Virus record (IMG/VR): IMGVR_UViG_3300005529_000389
Coordinates: 1-31,263 of that record
Reading direction: 5' to 3' (one strand)
DNA: 31,263 nucleotides
Origin: a virus
Taxonomy: Duplodnaviria > Caudoviricetes
A program made the position numbers and the translations under genes. The number at the start of each line of letters is the position of its first letter. The stretch's first letter is position 1. Of the stretch, positions 9,285-17,901 are shown piece after piece. The notes beneath the pieces were generated by a model that saw only the letters and a program-made list of their open reading frames with translations, was not told the origin of the DNA and ran no database searches.

Positions 9285-9325
9285 TTTATGGATGTGTCTG
9301 TTTTTTTGGGTGAGCGTTTTTCGGA

Positions 9326-9757
9326 TTAAGCCTGCGCCTCGACTGTGACCAGGCGCGGGAACGGGCGGATCAACACGAGCTGCCCGTCGACAAATTTTTC
9401 CTCGGCGATGCCGGGCGAGAAATAGACGCCGGCGGTTGCACCGATCGCCTCGGCTTTGCCGGCATGGGCGCCGGCGGCCGCGGCGGGATCGGAAAGGACG
9501 AGAACGTCGCCGGCATTGCCTGCGCCCTTCGCTCGCACGCGCGTGTTTTGCGCGGGATCGAGCGGGATCGCTTTGCCGACGCCGGCATCGTCGAGCACGA
9601 AAAGTGTGATGTCATTGACGGCGGCGGGCAGCGCGACTTGTGTCAGGCCATCGCCGTTGTGAGTGAGCTTGAGCAGCCGGCCGTCAAGCCCGGTGAGGTC
9701 CGCGGCCATCGCGAAATTGAGCGGGCCACGTTGTGTGTTGGATTGGGTTTTTAACAT
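9326..9757 (-). CDS. Capsid cement/decoration-like protein
   Basis: 143 aa Gly/Ala-rich beta protein (AAADLTG, NAGDVLV, GIAEE..DGQLVLI pattern) between scaffold and capsid. Confidence 0.6.
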   Translation of the reverse strand: MLKTQSNTQRGPLNFAMAADLTGLDGRLLKLTHNGDGLTQVALPAAVNDITLFVLDDAGVGKAIPLDPAQNTRVRAKGAGNAGDVLVLSDPAAAAGAHAGKAEAIGATAGVYFSPGIAEEKFVDGQLVLIRPFPRLVTVEAQA

Positions 9758-9763
9758 GCGATT

Positions 9764-10459
9764 TTATTTGGTGGTTTTGATTTCTTTTTCGGCCTGCGAC
9801 CAGGCTTCCTGGAAAGTGAGTTTGCCGCCTTTTTTCTCCGCCTCCGCCTGCAGCTCCTTCGCGCGCTTCGAGACCTTGACCGCCATTTCCTCGTCCGTGA
9901 GTTTTGGCTCGCCCGCGCCTTTTTTCTTCGAGGGATCGTGCATCGCCTCGGGTGGCGTCTTCTTCTCCGCTTTGCCTTGCCCCGCGGCGTCTGCCTCCGG
10001 CTTTTTCAAGCCGTTGAGGATCGCGATGCCGGCCTCCTTGTCATTGAGCAGGATGTTGCGGATCGCGGCTTTCGAGGCGTCGTCACTAAACGCGCCCTCG
10101 TAAACTTTCAAAATTTCATCGGCATCGGCTTCCTGCTTTTGCCGGTAGATGCGCTGCTGCTCGTCGGCGAGTTCCTGGTATTTGCGGTTGATCTCGTCGA
10201 GCTGCGCCTGCAGTTGATCCGCGGTCGAAGCTTTCGTCTGCAGTTCGCTCACTCCGCCGAGCACGCCCTGGACTTCCGGAATTTTCGCGGTGATCTCCGC
10301 GTCTGTCGCCGTCGCCGGGTCGAGCCCGAGCAACGCGCAAAGCTGCGCCTTGTAATCGAGCTCCGTCGTTTCCTCCGCGGCATTGGCGGTAGCGGCCGCC
10401 GCGTCATCAGCAGCGGCGAGGAAGATCATGGAGTCGAAAGGGCGAAGTGTTCGCAACAT
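9764..10459 (-). CDS. Capsid scaffolding protein (Mu gpZ-like; no protease domain seen)
   Basis: LCALLGLDPATATDAEITAKI motif, coiled coil and C-terminal LTFQEAWSQA helix, typical of Mu-type scaffold regions. Confidence 0.7.
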   Translation of the reverse strand: MLRTLRPFDSMIFLAAADDAAAATANAAEETTELDYKAQLCALLGLDPATATDAEITAKIPEVQGVLGGVSELQTKASTADQLQAQLDEINRKYQELADEQQRIYRQKQEADADEILKVYEGAFSDDASKAAIRNILLNDKEAGIAILNGLKKPEADAAGQGKAEKKTPPEAMHDPSKKKGAGEPKLTDEEMAVKVSKRAKELQAEAEKKGGKLTFQEAWSQAEKEIKTTK

Positions 10460-10467
10460 TGGCGGCG

Positions 10468-10529
10468 AAACTAGATGCGTTCCACGCCCCCGGATAGATC
10501 ACCAACCACACCACCCACACCATCCACGG
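10468..10529 (-). promoter_or_regulatory. Putative activator-dependent late promoter (head operon)
   Basis: Three tandem 9-mers CACCAACCA/CACCACCCA/CACCATCCA (10500-10526) plus minus-strand TAGTTT at 10473-10468; the same layout recurs at 19558-19620. Confidence 0.7.
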
Positions 10530-10613
10530 AATGTTTACACCGCGTGAATCGCGACCGATTTTAAATCGATTTTATTTCGATTTTTCCCGCGCTGCGCGTG
10601 CCTTTGCGGCGGG

Positions 10614-11192
10614 TTATTGATTATTTAACGTCCGCGCGAGATGCTTCTCCGCGGTGTCCATCACGCCGGCGCTCAACTGTGCGGCCGGCGGCAGCGCGAG
10701 CGGCTCGGGATCCTGGTCGATGTGTTTGCTCAGCGCATAAACGGGCACGAGTTTTCCGTGCTCCGAGTAAGCGAGAATTTTCAATCCGCGCGGACGGAAA
10801 AGCTTGATGCCGGTTTCCTGCTCGAACACGGAAACGCGCCGTCCGTGTGCGCGCGGGTCGATCGGGATCGTGAGCCAGTTCGCGTTCTTCGGCACGAGCG
10901 GACCGCCGAAAAGTTTTTGCGCAAAGGCGAGGTGCGCGATCGTCACCGTCGCGCCGGCGGGATCGACCACCGGGTTTTGCGTGGCGTTGCGGACATCGAG
11001 CCAAAAATGAGTGCGCTTGCCGCCGAGCACGTTTGGCTGCTTCGCGTCAAGGTCCTTGAAATGCTTCCGCAGATCCTCTGTAACACGTCTGCCGGTGTCC
11101 TTGTAAAGTGCGACGGGATTCGCGAGCTGCGCGGCGATTTCCTTTAAGCGCGCGCCGGCGGGCGCATCGATCTGGAGCGTGCCTTTGATCAT
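10614..11192 (-). CDS. Virion morphogenesis protein, Mu gpG-like
   Basis: 192 aa; LRKHF, AFAQKLFGGPLVPKNANWLTIP motifs; follows MuF as in Mu. Confidence 0.7.
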   Translation of the reverse strand: MIKGTLQIDAPAGARLKEIAAQLANPVALYKDTGRRVTEDLRKHFKDLDAKQPNVLGGKRTHFWLDVRNATQNPVVDPAGATVTIAHLAFAQKLFGGPLVPKNANWLTIPIDPRAHGRRVSVFEQETGIKLFRPRGLKILAYSEHGKLVPVYALSKHIDQDPEPLALPPAAQLSAGVMDTAEKHLARTLNNQ

Positions 11193-11198
11193 TGCGCT

Positions 11199-11381
11199 TT
11201 AGCGCGCGAGTGGTTTCAGCGACGAGTTGAATTTCTGCTGCAGGTGCTCGCGCTGCCGCTCGAGCTGCGCGCGTTCCGCCGGCGACATCGCTGCTTCCGC
11301 GGCGCGTGCATCCGCGAGCTTTTGATCAGCTCGCGCGAAGGCTTCGCGGGCGCGTTGTTTGTCGGTGGCGGTTTGCATCAA
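11199..11381 (-). CDS. Small helical protein, candidate immunity protein for MuF-ART
   Basis: 60 aa, ATGA-coupled to the toxin-bearing MuF gene; function inferred from position only. Confidence 0.45.
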   Translation of the reverse strand: MMQTATDKQRAREAFARADQKLADARAAEAAMSPAERAQLERQREHLQQKFNSSLKPLAR

Positions 11382-12643
11382 ATTTCGTCGAGAACAATAT
11401 GAGTCTCGTCGCCGATCTCGTCGAAATCAAGCACTCTGAATTTGGTCCCCGCCTTGAAGAGCACTTCATCCTCGCCCTCGGCGGATGAATAGGGATCGAC
11501 AAATTTTCCGTGCTTCGAAAAAATCACGTAGCGCACCGGTCCGTTAAACGCCTTCTCCGGATCCGTGGACGTCGAGGTGAATGCGTCCTCGGTGATTTCG
11601 CCGCCGACGTTGTCGCGATATTTGCTGAGGTCGTAGGTGTCGTCGGTGCCGCGGTAAACCTCGCCCTGGTGATCCGGCAGCTTGTCGAGAAAATCGTTGA
11701 GCCGGTCGCGCCGGCGCTGCACCCGCGGCGATTCGTCGCCGTCGCGCAGCTCTTCGTTAATCTGCTGGAAACCGCTGCCGGTGTAATCCTCGACCGCGAG
11801 CGCGGCCTGTTCGGCGAGCGGACGCCAGCGCACGGTGTCGCCGTCGATGTCGATTTGATCGTGCTGGAAAAAGCCGAGCAACGCGCGGCGCATTTTGTCG
11901 TCGAGGCTCGCGACGCTCGCGGCGAGCTCGTCGTTGATCTTGTCGACGTGCGGTTTGATTTTTTCGCCCGGCAACAACACGCCGAGTTTTTCCGCTTCTT
12001 CGCGATCGATCTCCTCGAGGCCCATGCCGGAATTGAAATCGAACGGCGGGTAAGGCGTGCCGAAACGGGAGATCTTCGTCCAGATCGGATCGGTCTTGAG
12101 CGCGATCATGCGGCCGCCGTGAAATTCGCCGCCGGCTGCGCGCCAGCGTTCCTTCCAGTTGCGCGGTTTTTTACGGGCCTTCACGCGCACGAGCTCCTGC
12201 GCCGGCCACGCGTTAAGGATGTCGGGATCCTGCCCCTGCAGCCAATAGGCTTTGCCTTGCGCGAGGCCGATCTGTGTTTCGTAGATGAGCCCGAGCCGCG
12301 CCTCCGCGGTCGGATCCAAAAGGCCGCCCTGCTTTTCCGGTTCCGCCGGCTTGAGTCCTTCCGCGAGCGAAAACTTTTGCAGGTCCGCGATGAATTTTGA
12401 GCGGTCGAATTTGTAGGCGCCGGTTTCCGGGTCGCGCGCCTGGTTTAAAATATCGAGCAGCACATTTTGCCCGCGCTGGAGCACGCGCACGCTCTCGACG
12501 CCGGCGGAAAAAAACGCCTGGTCGCGCAACGCCGCCGGCATTTGCTGCCATTCCGCGGTGCGGAGCATCGAGCCGATCGGCGTCTTTTGTGAAAGCTGCG
12601 CGACGGCGTCGGCCAGCGGCTGCGGTTTTTCGAAATCAAACAT
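11378..12643 (-). CDS. MuF (gp30-like) head morphogenesis protein fused to a C-terminal ADP-ribosyltransferase domain
   Basis: MuF motifs AFFSAGV, RLGLIYET, YPPFDFNSGM; ART motifs YTGSGFQQINEELR, VYRG, FTSTS, EDEVLF (R-S-E). Start re-called at ATG 12643. Confidence 0.85.
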   Translation of the reverse strand: MFDFEKPQPLADAVAQLSQKTPIGSMLRTAEWQQMPAALRDQAFFSAGVESVRVLQRGQNVLLDILNQARDPETGAYKFDRSKFIADLQKFSLAEGLKPAEPEKQGGLLDPTAEARLGLIYETQIGLAQGKAYWLQGQDPDILNAWPAQELVRVKARKKPRNWKERWRAAGGEFHGGRMIALKTDPIWTKISRFGTPYPPFDFNSGMGLEEIDREEAEKLGVLLPGEKIKPHVDKINDELAASVASLDDKMRRALLGFFQHDQIDIDGDTVRWRPLAEQAALAVEDYTGSGFQQINEELRDGDESPRVQRRRDRLNDFLDKLPDHQGEVYRGTDDTYDLSKYRDNVGGEITEDAFTSTSTDPEKAFNGPVRYVIFSKHGKFVDPYSSAEGEDEVLFKAGTKFRVLDFDEIGDETHIVLDEI

Positions 12644-12656
12644 AGAAAAAGCCGCT

Positions 12657-12896
12657 TTACCGGAAAGCGCGGGCAAAGTTCCGGAGCCGGATGTTGATGG
12701 AAAAAAGATTACGATTCACCGAGTCGAGTTCCTTCTCCGTGGCGATCTCGCGGCGGATCTGGCTTTTGATCATGGCCAGATTCTGCGGCTGCGCGCGGCG
12801 AATGCGCAGGAGTTTTTTTGAAAGCCGCTTTTGTTCGTCCTCGAGCTTGAGCGATTCATCGAGCAACTGATGAAAGCCAGCCAGTAGAGTTTTCAT
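12657..12896 (-). CDS. Small basic coiled-coil hypothetical protein
   Basis: 79 aa, ATGA overlap with the upstream ORF. Confidence 0.6.
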   Translation of the reverse strand: MKTLLAGFHQLLDESLKLEDEQKRLSKKLLRIRRAQPQNLAMIKSQIRREIATEKELDSVNRNLFSINIRLRNFARAFR

Positions 12897-13105
12897 TCAG
12901 TCTGTCCTTTCACGAGCTGGATGAATGATCCCGGTTTGTGGCCGATGTGATACTGCTTGCAAAAGCGGCAGCGATACGCGCCGACGCGCTCTCCTTTGTT
13001 TTTGAAAAGCGCGATACTCGCGGCGGTGGCGCGGGTGAGATCGGGAAACTGGACCTTGCCCGTGCAGGATTTTCTACGGATGCGTCGTTTACTGGACATT
13101 TCCAT
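12893..13105 (-). CDS. Small zinc-finger-like protein
   Basis: SCTGK...AYRCRFCKQYHIG (C..CxxC..H). Confidence 0.65.
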   Translation of the reverse strand: MEMSSKRRIRRKSCTGKVQFPDLTRATAASIALFKNKGERVGAYRCRFCKQYHIGHKPGSFIQLVKGQTE

Positions 13106-13250
13106 TTAAAATTGTCGGAAGGTTCAGCCGCGCTGCTTTTCCTGCTCGTCACCGCCTTTTAAAGCGTTCTGCAAAACGCACCACGGCTCTGCAAACACGC
13201 GTGACGGAAAATCCGCACCGTTGACGCGCGAAAAATCGCTGGCGGGCATT

Positions 13251-14858
13251 TTAAGCGGCTGGCTGGACCTTTGCGCGGATGGCGTCGGTCGCGCCCTTGA
13301 CGGCCGCAGGCCCGATCGCCTTTTCAATCGCCCCCTGCAGCTCCGCGACATTGAGTTCGCCGAGCAGCTCGGGCATCGAGCTCTGCGCCTGCTTCACCGC
13401 GGCGGCGAGCGCGGCGTCGTCGAGCGTGCCGTCATTCGCCTTTGCGATGAGATCGCTGAAAAGCTGGTTGAGCGGCGCGAGCCAGCGCGCCTGGACGCCG
13501 AGATCCGCGGCGATCGCGTTTTGCACGAGCTGTGGATCGGCCTCGCCGCTCGAGCTCGTTGCCGGTGCGTCAGCAACCGGTTTCCCGGCCGGTTGCGGCG
13601 CTGTGACTTTCGCCGCTGTGTCGGGTTGCTGCGCCGGCGCTGCTTCTTTTTGCGGTAACGAATTTTGTGCGGGTGCGGGTGCGGCGCGGCGCGAGAGCTT
13701 GTAGCCGCTTTTTTCGCCGAGCTGCTCGAGATCGATGTCGTAACCGGCCTGCCCGAGCTTCTGCGCGTTGTCCACGTGCGCCTGCGTATCCTCCTCGTCC
13801 ACCGGCGCAAATTCAAAATAAACCATCGGCTGCTGGTTCGGGAATTTCCGCTGCAGGAACACGCGATCGAAATGCTCCTGCATGATCTCGCTCACCTGCG
13901 CGGCCTGCGCGGCGGCGACTTCGTTAAACGTGTCCTGGTGCACCTTCCCCTGGCTGCCGCCGATGCCGGTCGCTTCGTTGAGGACCGTGAGTTTGCCGCT
14001 GGTGCCGGCAATCACGATCATCTCATCGAGATATTTCAAGCGATCGGAAAACGGATTGGTCGCGCCCTCGCGGCCGGTGAGCGTGTGGACCTTCGCGCCG
14101 TTCGGGATGTAGCCGCGCGTGTCGCTGACGACCTTCTCAGCCATGCTTTGGTATTCGCCCTCTTTTTCCTTCGGCACGTTCGGCGGTCCCTCGATGAAGA
14201 TCGGTGGGATCCCGTAAGTCTCGAGGAAACCATCCCAATCTTTCTCGTTCGTGTTTTTGCGCAAAAAACAGATCGTGAAAATCTCGTCGGCCGGATCGTC
14301 GACGTCGCGGATGACGAAATGCTCCGGGTTGACCGGATTATCCGGCGACAGCCACTGCAGCGCCTCTTCGTTGTAGCACCAGTCGCCATAAAGCCCGTCG
14401 CGCACCCAATGCCATTGCGGGACGATGCGCAGCTCGGTCACATCCCACGGATCGGCGCCGGTGCCGGCGTTTTCGCCCGCGTAAATTTTCTCGAGGTGCG
14501 CAAAGCCGCGCAGATCGGCGAGCGCGAGAAAGGTGAGCGCCTTGCGCAGGTTCGACACTTTGTCGTAAGCCTCCTTGAGTTCCTTGCTCTGCTTTTTGAC
14601 GTCGGGATCGTTTTCGTCGTAGCCGGGCATCGGCTTGATCGACCAGTCGAGCCCGGTGAGAGCGTTGCTGAGCCGGCGTTTCACCGCGCGCACGACCGCG
14701 TCGCGCTTCTCGATGAAGCGGTAGAGCCACTGCAGGTCGGCATACTGCCCGCGCTCGCCGTAGTGAAAATGCGAGACGAGCCGCGGCGCGCTGAGGCCGA
14801 TGAGCGGGTTGAGGTTGATCAGGCGCCAAAGCGGCGAACTGGAGGCGAGCTGGTTCAT
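13251..14858 (-). CDS. Portal protein, Mu gp29-like (DUF935)
   Basis: DWDGFLETYGIP, SGKLT...GGSQGKVHQD motifs; start re-called at ATG 14858, which overlaps the terminase stop. Confidence 0.9.
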   Translation of the reverse strand: MNQLASSSPLWRLINLNPLIGLSAPRLVSHFHYGERGQYADLQWLYRFIEKRDAVVRAVKRRLSNALTGLDWSIKPMPGYDENDPDVKKQSKELKEAYDKVSNLRKALTFLALADLRGFAHLEKIYAGENAGTGADPWDVTELRIVPQWHWVRDGLYGDWCYNEEALQWLSPDNPVNPEHFVIRDVDDPADEIFTICFLRKNTNEKDWDGFLETYGIPPIFIEGPPNVPKEKEGEYQSMAEKVVSDTRGYIPNGAKVHTLTGREGATNPFSDRLKYLDEMIVIAGTSGKLTVLNEATGIGGSQGKVHQDTFNEVAAAQAAQVSEIMQEHFDRVFLQRKFPNQQPMVYFEFAPVDEEDTQAHVDNAQKLGQAGYDIDLEQLGEKSGYKLSRRAAPAPAQNSLPQKEAAPAQQPDTAAKVTAPQPAGKPVADAPATSSSGEADPQLVQNAIAADLGVQARWLAPLNQLFSDLIAKANDGTLDDAALAAAVKQAQSSMPELLGELNVAELQGAIEKAIGPAAVKGATDAIRAKVQPAA

Positions 14859-16432
14859 AATCCGATGCAGGTGCGATCGCGACGCGCGACGGTGCGGCTG
14901 AAACGCTGCGAGATGCTTTGCACGAAGCGATGGAAGGTGCCGGGATCGCCCTCGTGTGAGCCGGCGCGGACGGCGAGCGCGATCGACCAGAAGCGATCGG
15001 CATGGCCTTTCGCGTCGCGGCTCGAGGCGATGCTGACACGGCCGCCGGGAGAAGTGACTTTCTCCGGCTTGCGCAGATCGTCGCGTAAATCGGGATCGGC
15101 AAAAATCTCGATCGTCTTGTCCTCGAAACAACCGAGCAGCTCCGTCGCCATGATCTCGGTGACTTTCGCGGTCAATGCCGAGCGGCCCTCGGTGCGGATG
15201 CGATCGGTGACCGGTTCCGTGGTCGAGAAATTCACGCCGCCGATTTTATCGCTGCCGAACTCATCCTCGAGCTGCTCGAAAAGGAAAAGGCCCAATCCCG
15301 TCATGTCGATTTCCATCCGGCGAAACTTCGGCATCCGGCACAGGACGCGCGCCTGCTCGATCTGTTGCGGCCCGCGCATGTTTTCCATCACCAGCATGCC
15401 GATCATCCGGCGCACGGGGCCGACGCGTTCCAGCACCGTGATCACCGACAAATCGCGAAAGCGTGCAATGTCGTAGCCGGCTTCCAAAATTCCGTCCGCG
15501 CGGAAAAGCCGCTGGATCGTCGCCATGCTCCATTCGCCATGATCGATCGTGAGCCCGGTGATCCGCTCCGCCGCGCTGATGAGCTCCTGCGTGAGCAGCG
15601 GCATGCTTTCATCCTCGAATGTGCACTCGTAGTTTTGATCATACGCGCGTTTGTCGCTCGCCTCCGCGCGCGCTTCATCCGGCGTGACTTCGCGGCCGTC
15701 GATCGCGCTGTAGATCTTGATCGCGCCCATTTTCCACGCGTCCGAGCGGCGCACGCGGTAATACGAGATCCGCGCCTCGCTGATGAGCTGGTAAAACATG
15801 TTGAGCCGGCCGTTGCCGGTGCTCGCGATGCGGCAGAGGAAATCGGGATTGCTCGAGATGATCGGCTCCGCCGCCTCCCAGATCGCGCGCGAATCCTCGT
15901 GATACGCAAACTCGTCGAGGATGAGATCGCCGGAGAAACCGCGGGCGGTGCGCGGGTTGGCGGCGAGGACCTTGATGCGGCCGATCTTCCCGCCGACGTT
16001 GATGCGCACCTCGTGGCGCATGTTTTCAAACTTGAAGTCGCCGCTCAGGTCCTCGTATTGCGCGGCGAGCCCGAGCTTCTGCGCGACTTCCTGGGCCTTG
16101 AGCGCAAACTCGGCGCCGTTGTCCTTCGAGTTGGAAAGGACCGTGACAAGTCGGCCGGGATATTTGAGCAGCCGGTCGACGGCCCACGCGGCGAGCGTGT
16201 AGCTTTTGCCGATCTGGCGCGACCAATGCAGGATCTGCGTCTTGGTTTCGTGGTCCCAAAAAACGCGTTCCTGGTATTGGCGGAATTTGACGAGCGGTTC
16301 CTGCGGCAGGTCGTTGTTGACGCCGGGCGTCACTACCACGGCGAGCGAACTCACCATGCAGATCAAAAACCAGCGGCTCCATTCGTGGCCGAGGACCGTC
16401 ATCCAGGCTAGCGCGAGCTTGAGCGTGATCAT
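14855..16432 (-). CDS. terL: Terminase large subunit, Mu gp28-like
   Basis: Walker A WSRQIGKS, ANPRTARGFSGDLILDEFA (Walker B), AST coupling motif, nuclease GYDIAR, IDMTGLG, HADRFWS. Confidence 0.95.
   Translation of the reverse strand: MITLKLALAWMTVLGHEWSRWFLICMVSSLAVVVTPGVNNDLPQEPLVKFRQYQERVFWDHETKTQILHWSRQIGKSYTLAAWAVDRLLKYPGRLVTVLSNSKDNGAEFALKAQEVAQKLGLAAQYEDLSGDFKFENMRHEVRINVGGKIGRIKVLAANPRTARGFSGDLILDEFAYHEDSRAIWEAAEPIISSNPDFLCRIASTGNGRLNMFYQLISEARISYYRVRRSDAWKMGAIKIYSAIDGREVTPDEARAEASDKRAYDQNYECTFEDESMPLLTQELISAAERITGLTIDHGEWSMATIQRLFRADGILEAGYDIARFRDLSVITVLERVGPVRRMIGMLVMENMRGPQQIEQARVLCRMPKFRRMEIDMTGLGLFLFEQLEDEFGSDKIGGVNFSTTEPVTDRIRTEGRSALTAKVTEIMATELLGCFEDKTIEIFADPDLRDDLRKPEKVTSPGGRVSIASSRDAKGHADRFWSIALAVRAGSHEGDPGTFHRFVQSISQRFSRTVARRDRTCIGL
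15819..15878. repeat. 60-bp dispersed direct repeat, copy 1 (within terL)
   Basis: Matches 21211-21270 at 55/60 positions. Confidence 0.9.
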
Positions 16433-17031
16433 CGCGCCTGTTCGAAGTTCTGTGGCCGCTCGCCAAAGAGCCGCTTGCGCACCCGCGCGATTTTTTCGCC
16501 CTCGTTGATGGAGTTGTCGCGTGCGATCGCGGCGATCGCGGCGAGCAGCTCCGGATCCTTGAGCACGCGGCGCGCGGCATCGTCTTTGTCGGTGTCGATG
16601 CGATGCTCGAGCGCGGCGCGGCCGCGTTCGCTGTCGGTCAATCGCTTCGTGATTTTGCTCAGCGCATTGAGCGCCTCGAGCCCGCCGTCCGCGTGTGTGT
16701 TTTTCGCATCCTCAAACTCGATGAGCGTGTCGATGAGCTGTTCGCCGACGAGCGCCTCCGCGGCATCGCCGAGCGCCTTGCCGCTCCCGGCCTTCTTCAG
16801 CTCGCGCACCTGGTCGGCCAGTTCAGAGGCTTTGCTGATGCGCTGCAGGTGCCGTGAAAAGGTGGTGTCGCGAAAACTTTTCGCGCCCATCAGCGAAACG
16901 GCGATGCCGTATTGCGCCGCGAGCGCCTGCACTTTCGCGAGTGTTAAACGCGGCGTTTTCCAGCACTTGTCGAGAAACTCGGTGAGCTGCTCGCTGCTGA
17001 GTTCCAGGGCGATTTTGTTTTGATCGGCCAT
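16429..17031 (-). CDS. Terminase small subunit-like, Mu gp27/DUF3486 position
   Basis: 200 aa helical protein starting NKIALEL, coupled to terL. Confidence 0.7.
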   Translation of the reverse strand: MADQNKIALELSSEQLTEFLDKCWKTPRLTLAKVQALAAQYGIAVSLMGAKSFRDTTFSRHLQRISKASELADQVRELKKAGSGKALGDAAEALVGEQLIDTLIEFEDAKNTHADGGLEALNALSKITKRLTDSERGRAALEHRIDTDKDDAARRVLKDPELLAAIAAIARDNSINEGEKIARVRKRLFGERPQNFEQAR

Positions 17032-17032
17032 G

Positions 17033-17305
17033 TCACAAAAGACCGCGTCGCTCGAGCTCGTGATCGCCCGCGGCCGTGGTGCCGTAGCGGCGCAATGCCG
17101 GCGTCAGGCTCGCGCCGGCGATCGGCTGGATGAGGCCCGCGCTCACCAGGTGGCGCAGCTCGCGCTCGAGTTGTTCCTGGTCGACAACGTAGCCGGCGAT
17201 TTGAAGCCCGCGCAAAATCGTCTCGATCGTAATCCCGCGAGATGACGCGGCGCGGCATTGCATCAGGATTTTTTCGCGGAGGAGTTCGAGCGTTTCGGCG
17301 TTCAT
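17033..17305 (-). CDS. Mu gp26-like winged-helix protein
   Basis: LERELRHLVSAGLI...TTAAGDHEL pattern; upstream of the small terminase. Confidence 0.65.
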   Translation of the reverse strand: MNAETLELLREKILMQCRAASSRGITIETILRGLQIAGYVVDQEQLERELRHLVSAGLIQPIAGASLTPALRRYGTTAAGDHELERRGLL

Positions 17306-17901
17306 GGCAATTTGCGTCCTGCGCGTTCAATGAGGCGGTCGAGTTTTGCATCGATCTGGTCGAGTTTATGCGCGTTCGTTTTTCCATCGGCCTCAACCGC
17401 GGCGAGCTTGATCTCCGCAGTTTTGAGTTGTCCGTGCAGGGTGCCGACCGCCTGCGAATTTTTCTTCGCCGATTCGAGGAAGCCGGTGTCCATGCGGCTG
17501 CTCAACGTGGTGATCTGCGTGCTCAAGCCCTGCGAGCGTTCCTCGAGCGCGGCGAGTGCCTGGTCGCGATGGTCCGCCGAGCTCTGGATCGCCTGCAGCT
17601 CGTTGCGCAATTTGTGATGCGCGTCGTGCACGTAGTCCTCAAAATCCTTGAAATCCGGCTGCTTCACGTATTCGACTTCCGCGCGCACAACCAGCGGTTG
17701 CGGCGGTCCGTCCGACTTGGCTTTCGAGGCGAGTTTTTTGAGTTCATCCATTGTCGGCAGTGGTGTTTCGCGGAGTTTTTTAATCCCGACCATCAGCCCG
17801 ACGATGGAAGCGGCGAACGCAACCACGGCCGCGGCAATGATCGCCAAATCCCTGAGCAAACTTGCGTCGGTGTTTTCAAATCCAGTTCCGAGAAAAATCA
17901 T
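17302..17901 (-). CDS. Membrane-anchored coiled-coil protein (Mu gp25 position or i-spanin-like)
   Basis: Start re-called at 17901; TM segment LAIIAAAVVAFAASIVGLMVGI followed by a long coiled coil. Confidence 0.6.
   Translation of the reverse strand: MIFLGTGFENTDASLLRDLAIIAAAVVAFAASIVGLMVGIKKLRETPLPTMDELKKLASKAKSDGPPQPLVVRAEVEYVKQPDFKDFEDYVHDAHHKLRNELQAIQSSADHRDQALAALEERSQGLSTQITTLSSRMDTGFLESAKKNSQAVGTLHGQLKTAEIKLAAVEADGKTNAHKLDQIDAKLDRLIERAGRKLP

Noticed and set aside
10548-10585. AT-rich imperfect palindrome CGATTTTAAATCG with repeated CGATTTT after gpG
   Set aside because: It could be a terminator or a binding site, but the stem is weak and no second copy was found, so no function can be supported.
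13124-13351. 75-aa ORF overlapping the portal 3' end
   Set aside because: It overlaps the portal gene, has no motif and no clear start signal. A shorter 41-aa version cannot be supported either.
13665-16411. Long plus-strand ORFs (603 aa, 348 aa and many similar across the window)
   Set aside because: They are antisense shadows of well-supported minus-strand genes in GC-rich DNA, with no recognisable motifs.
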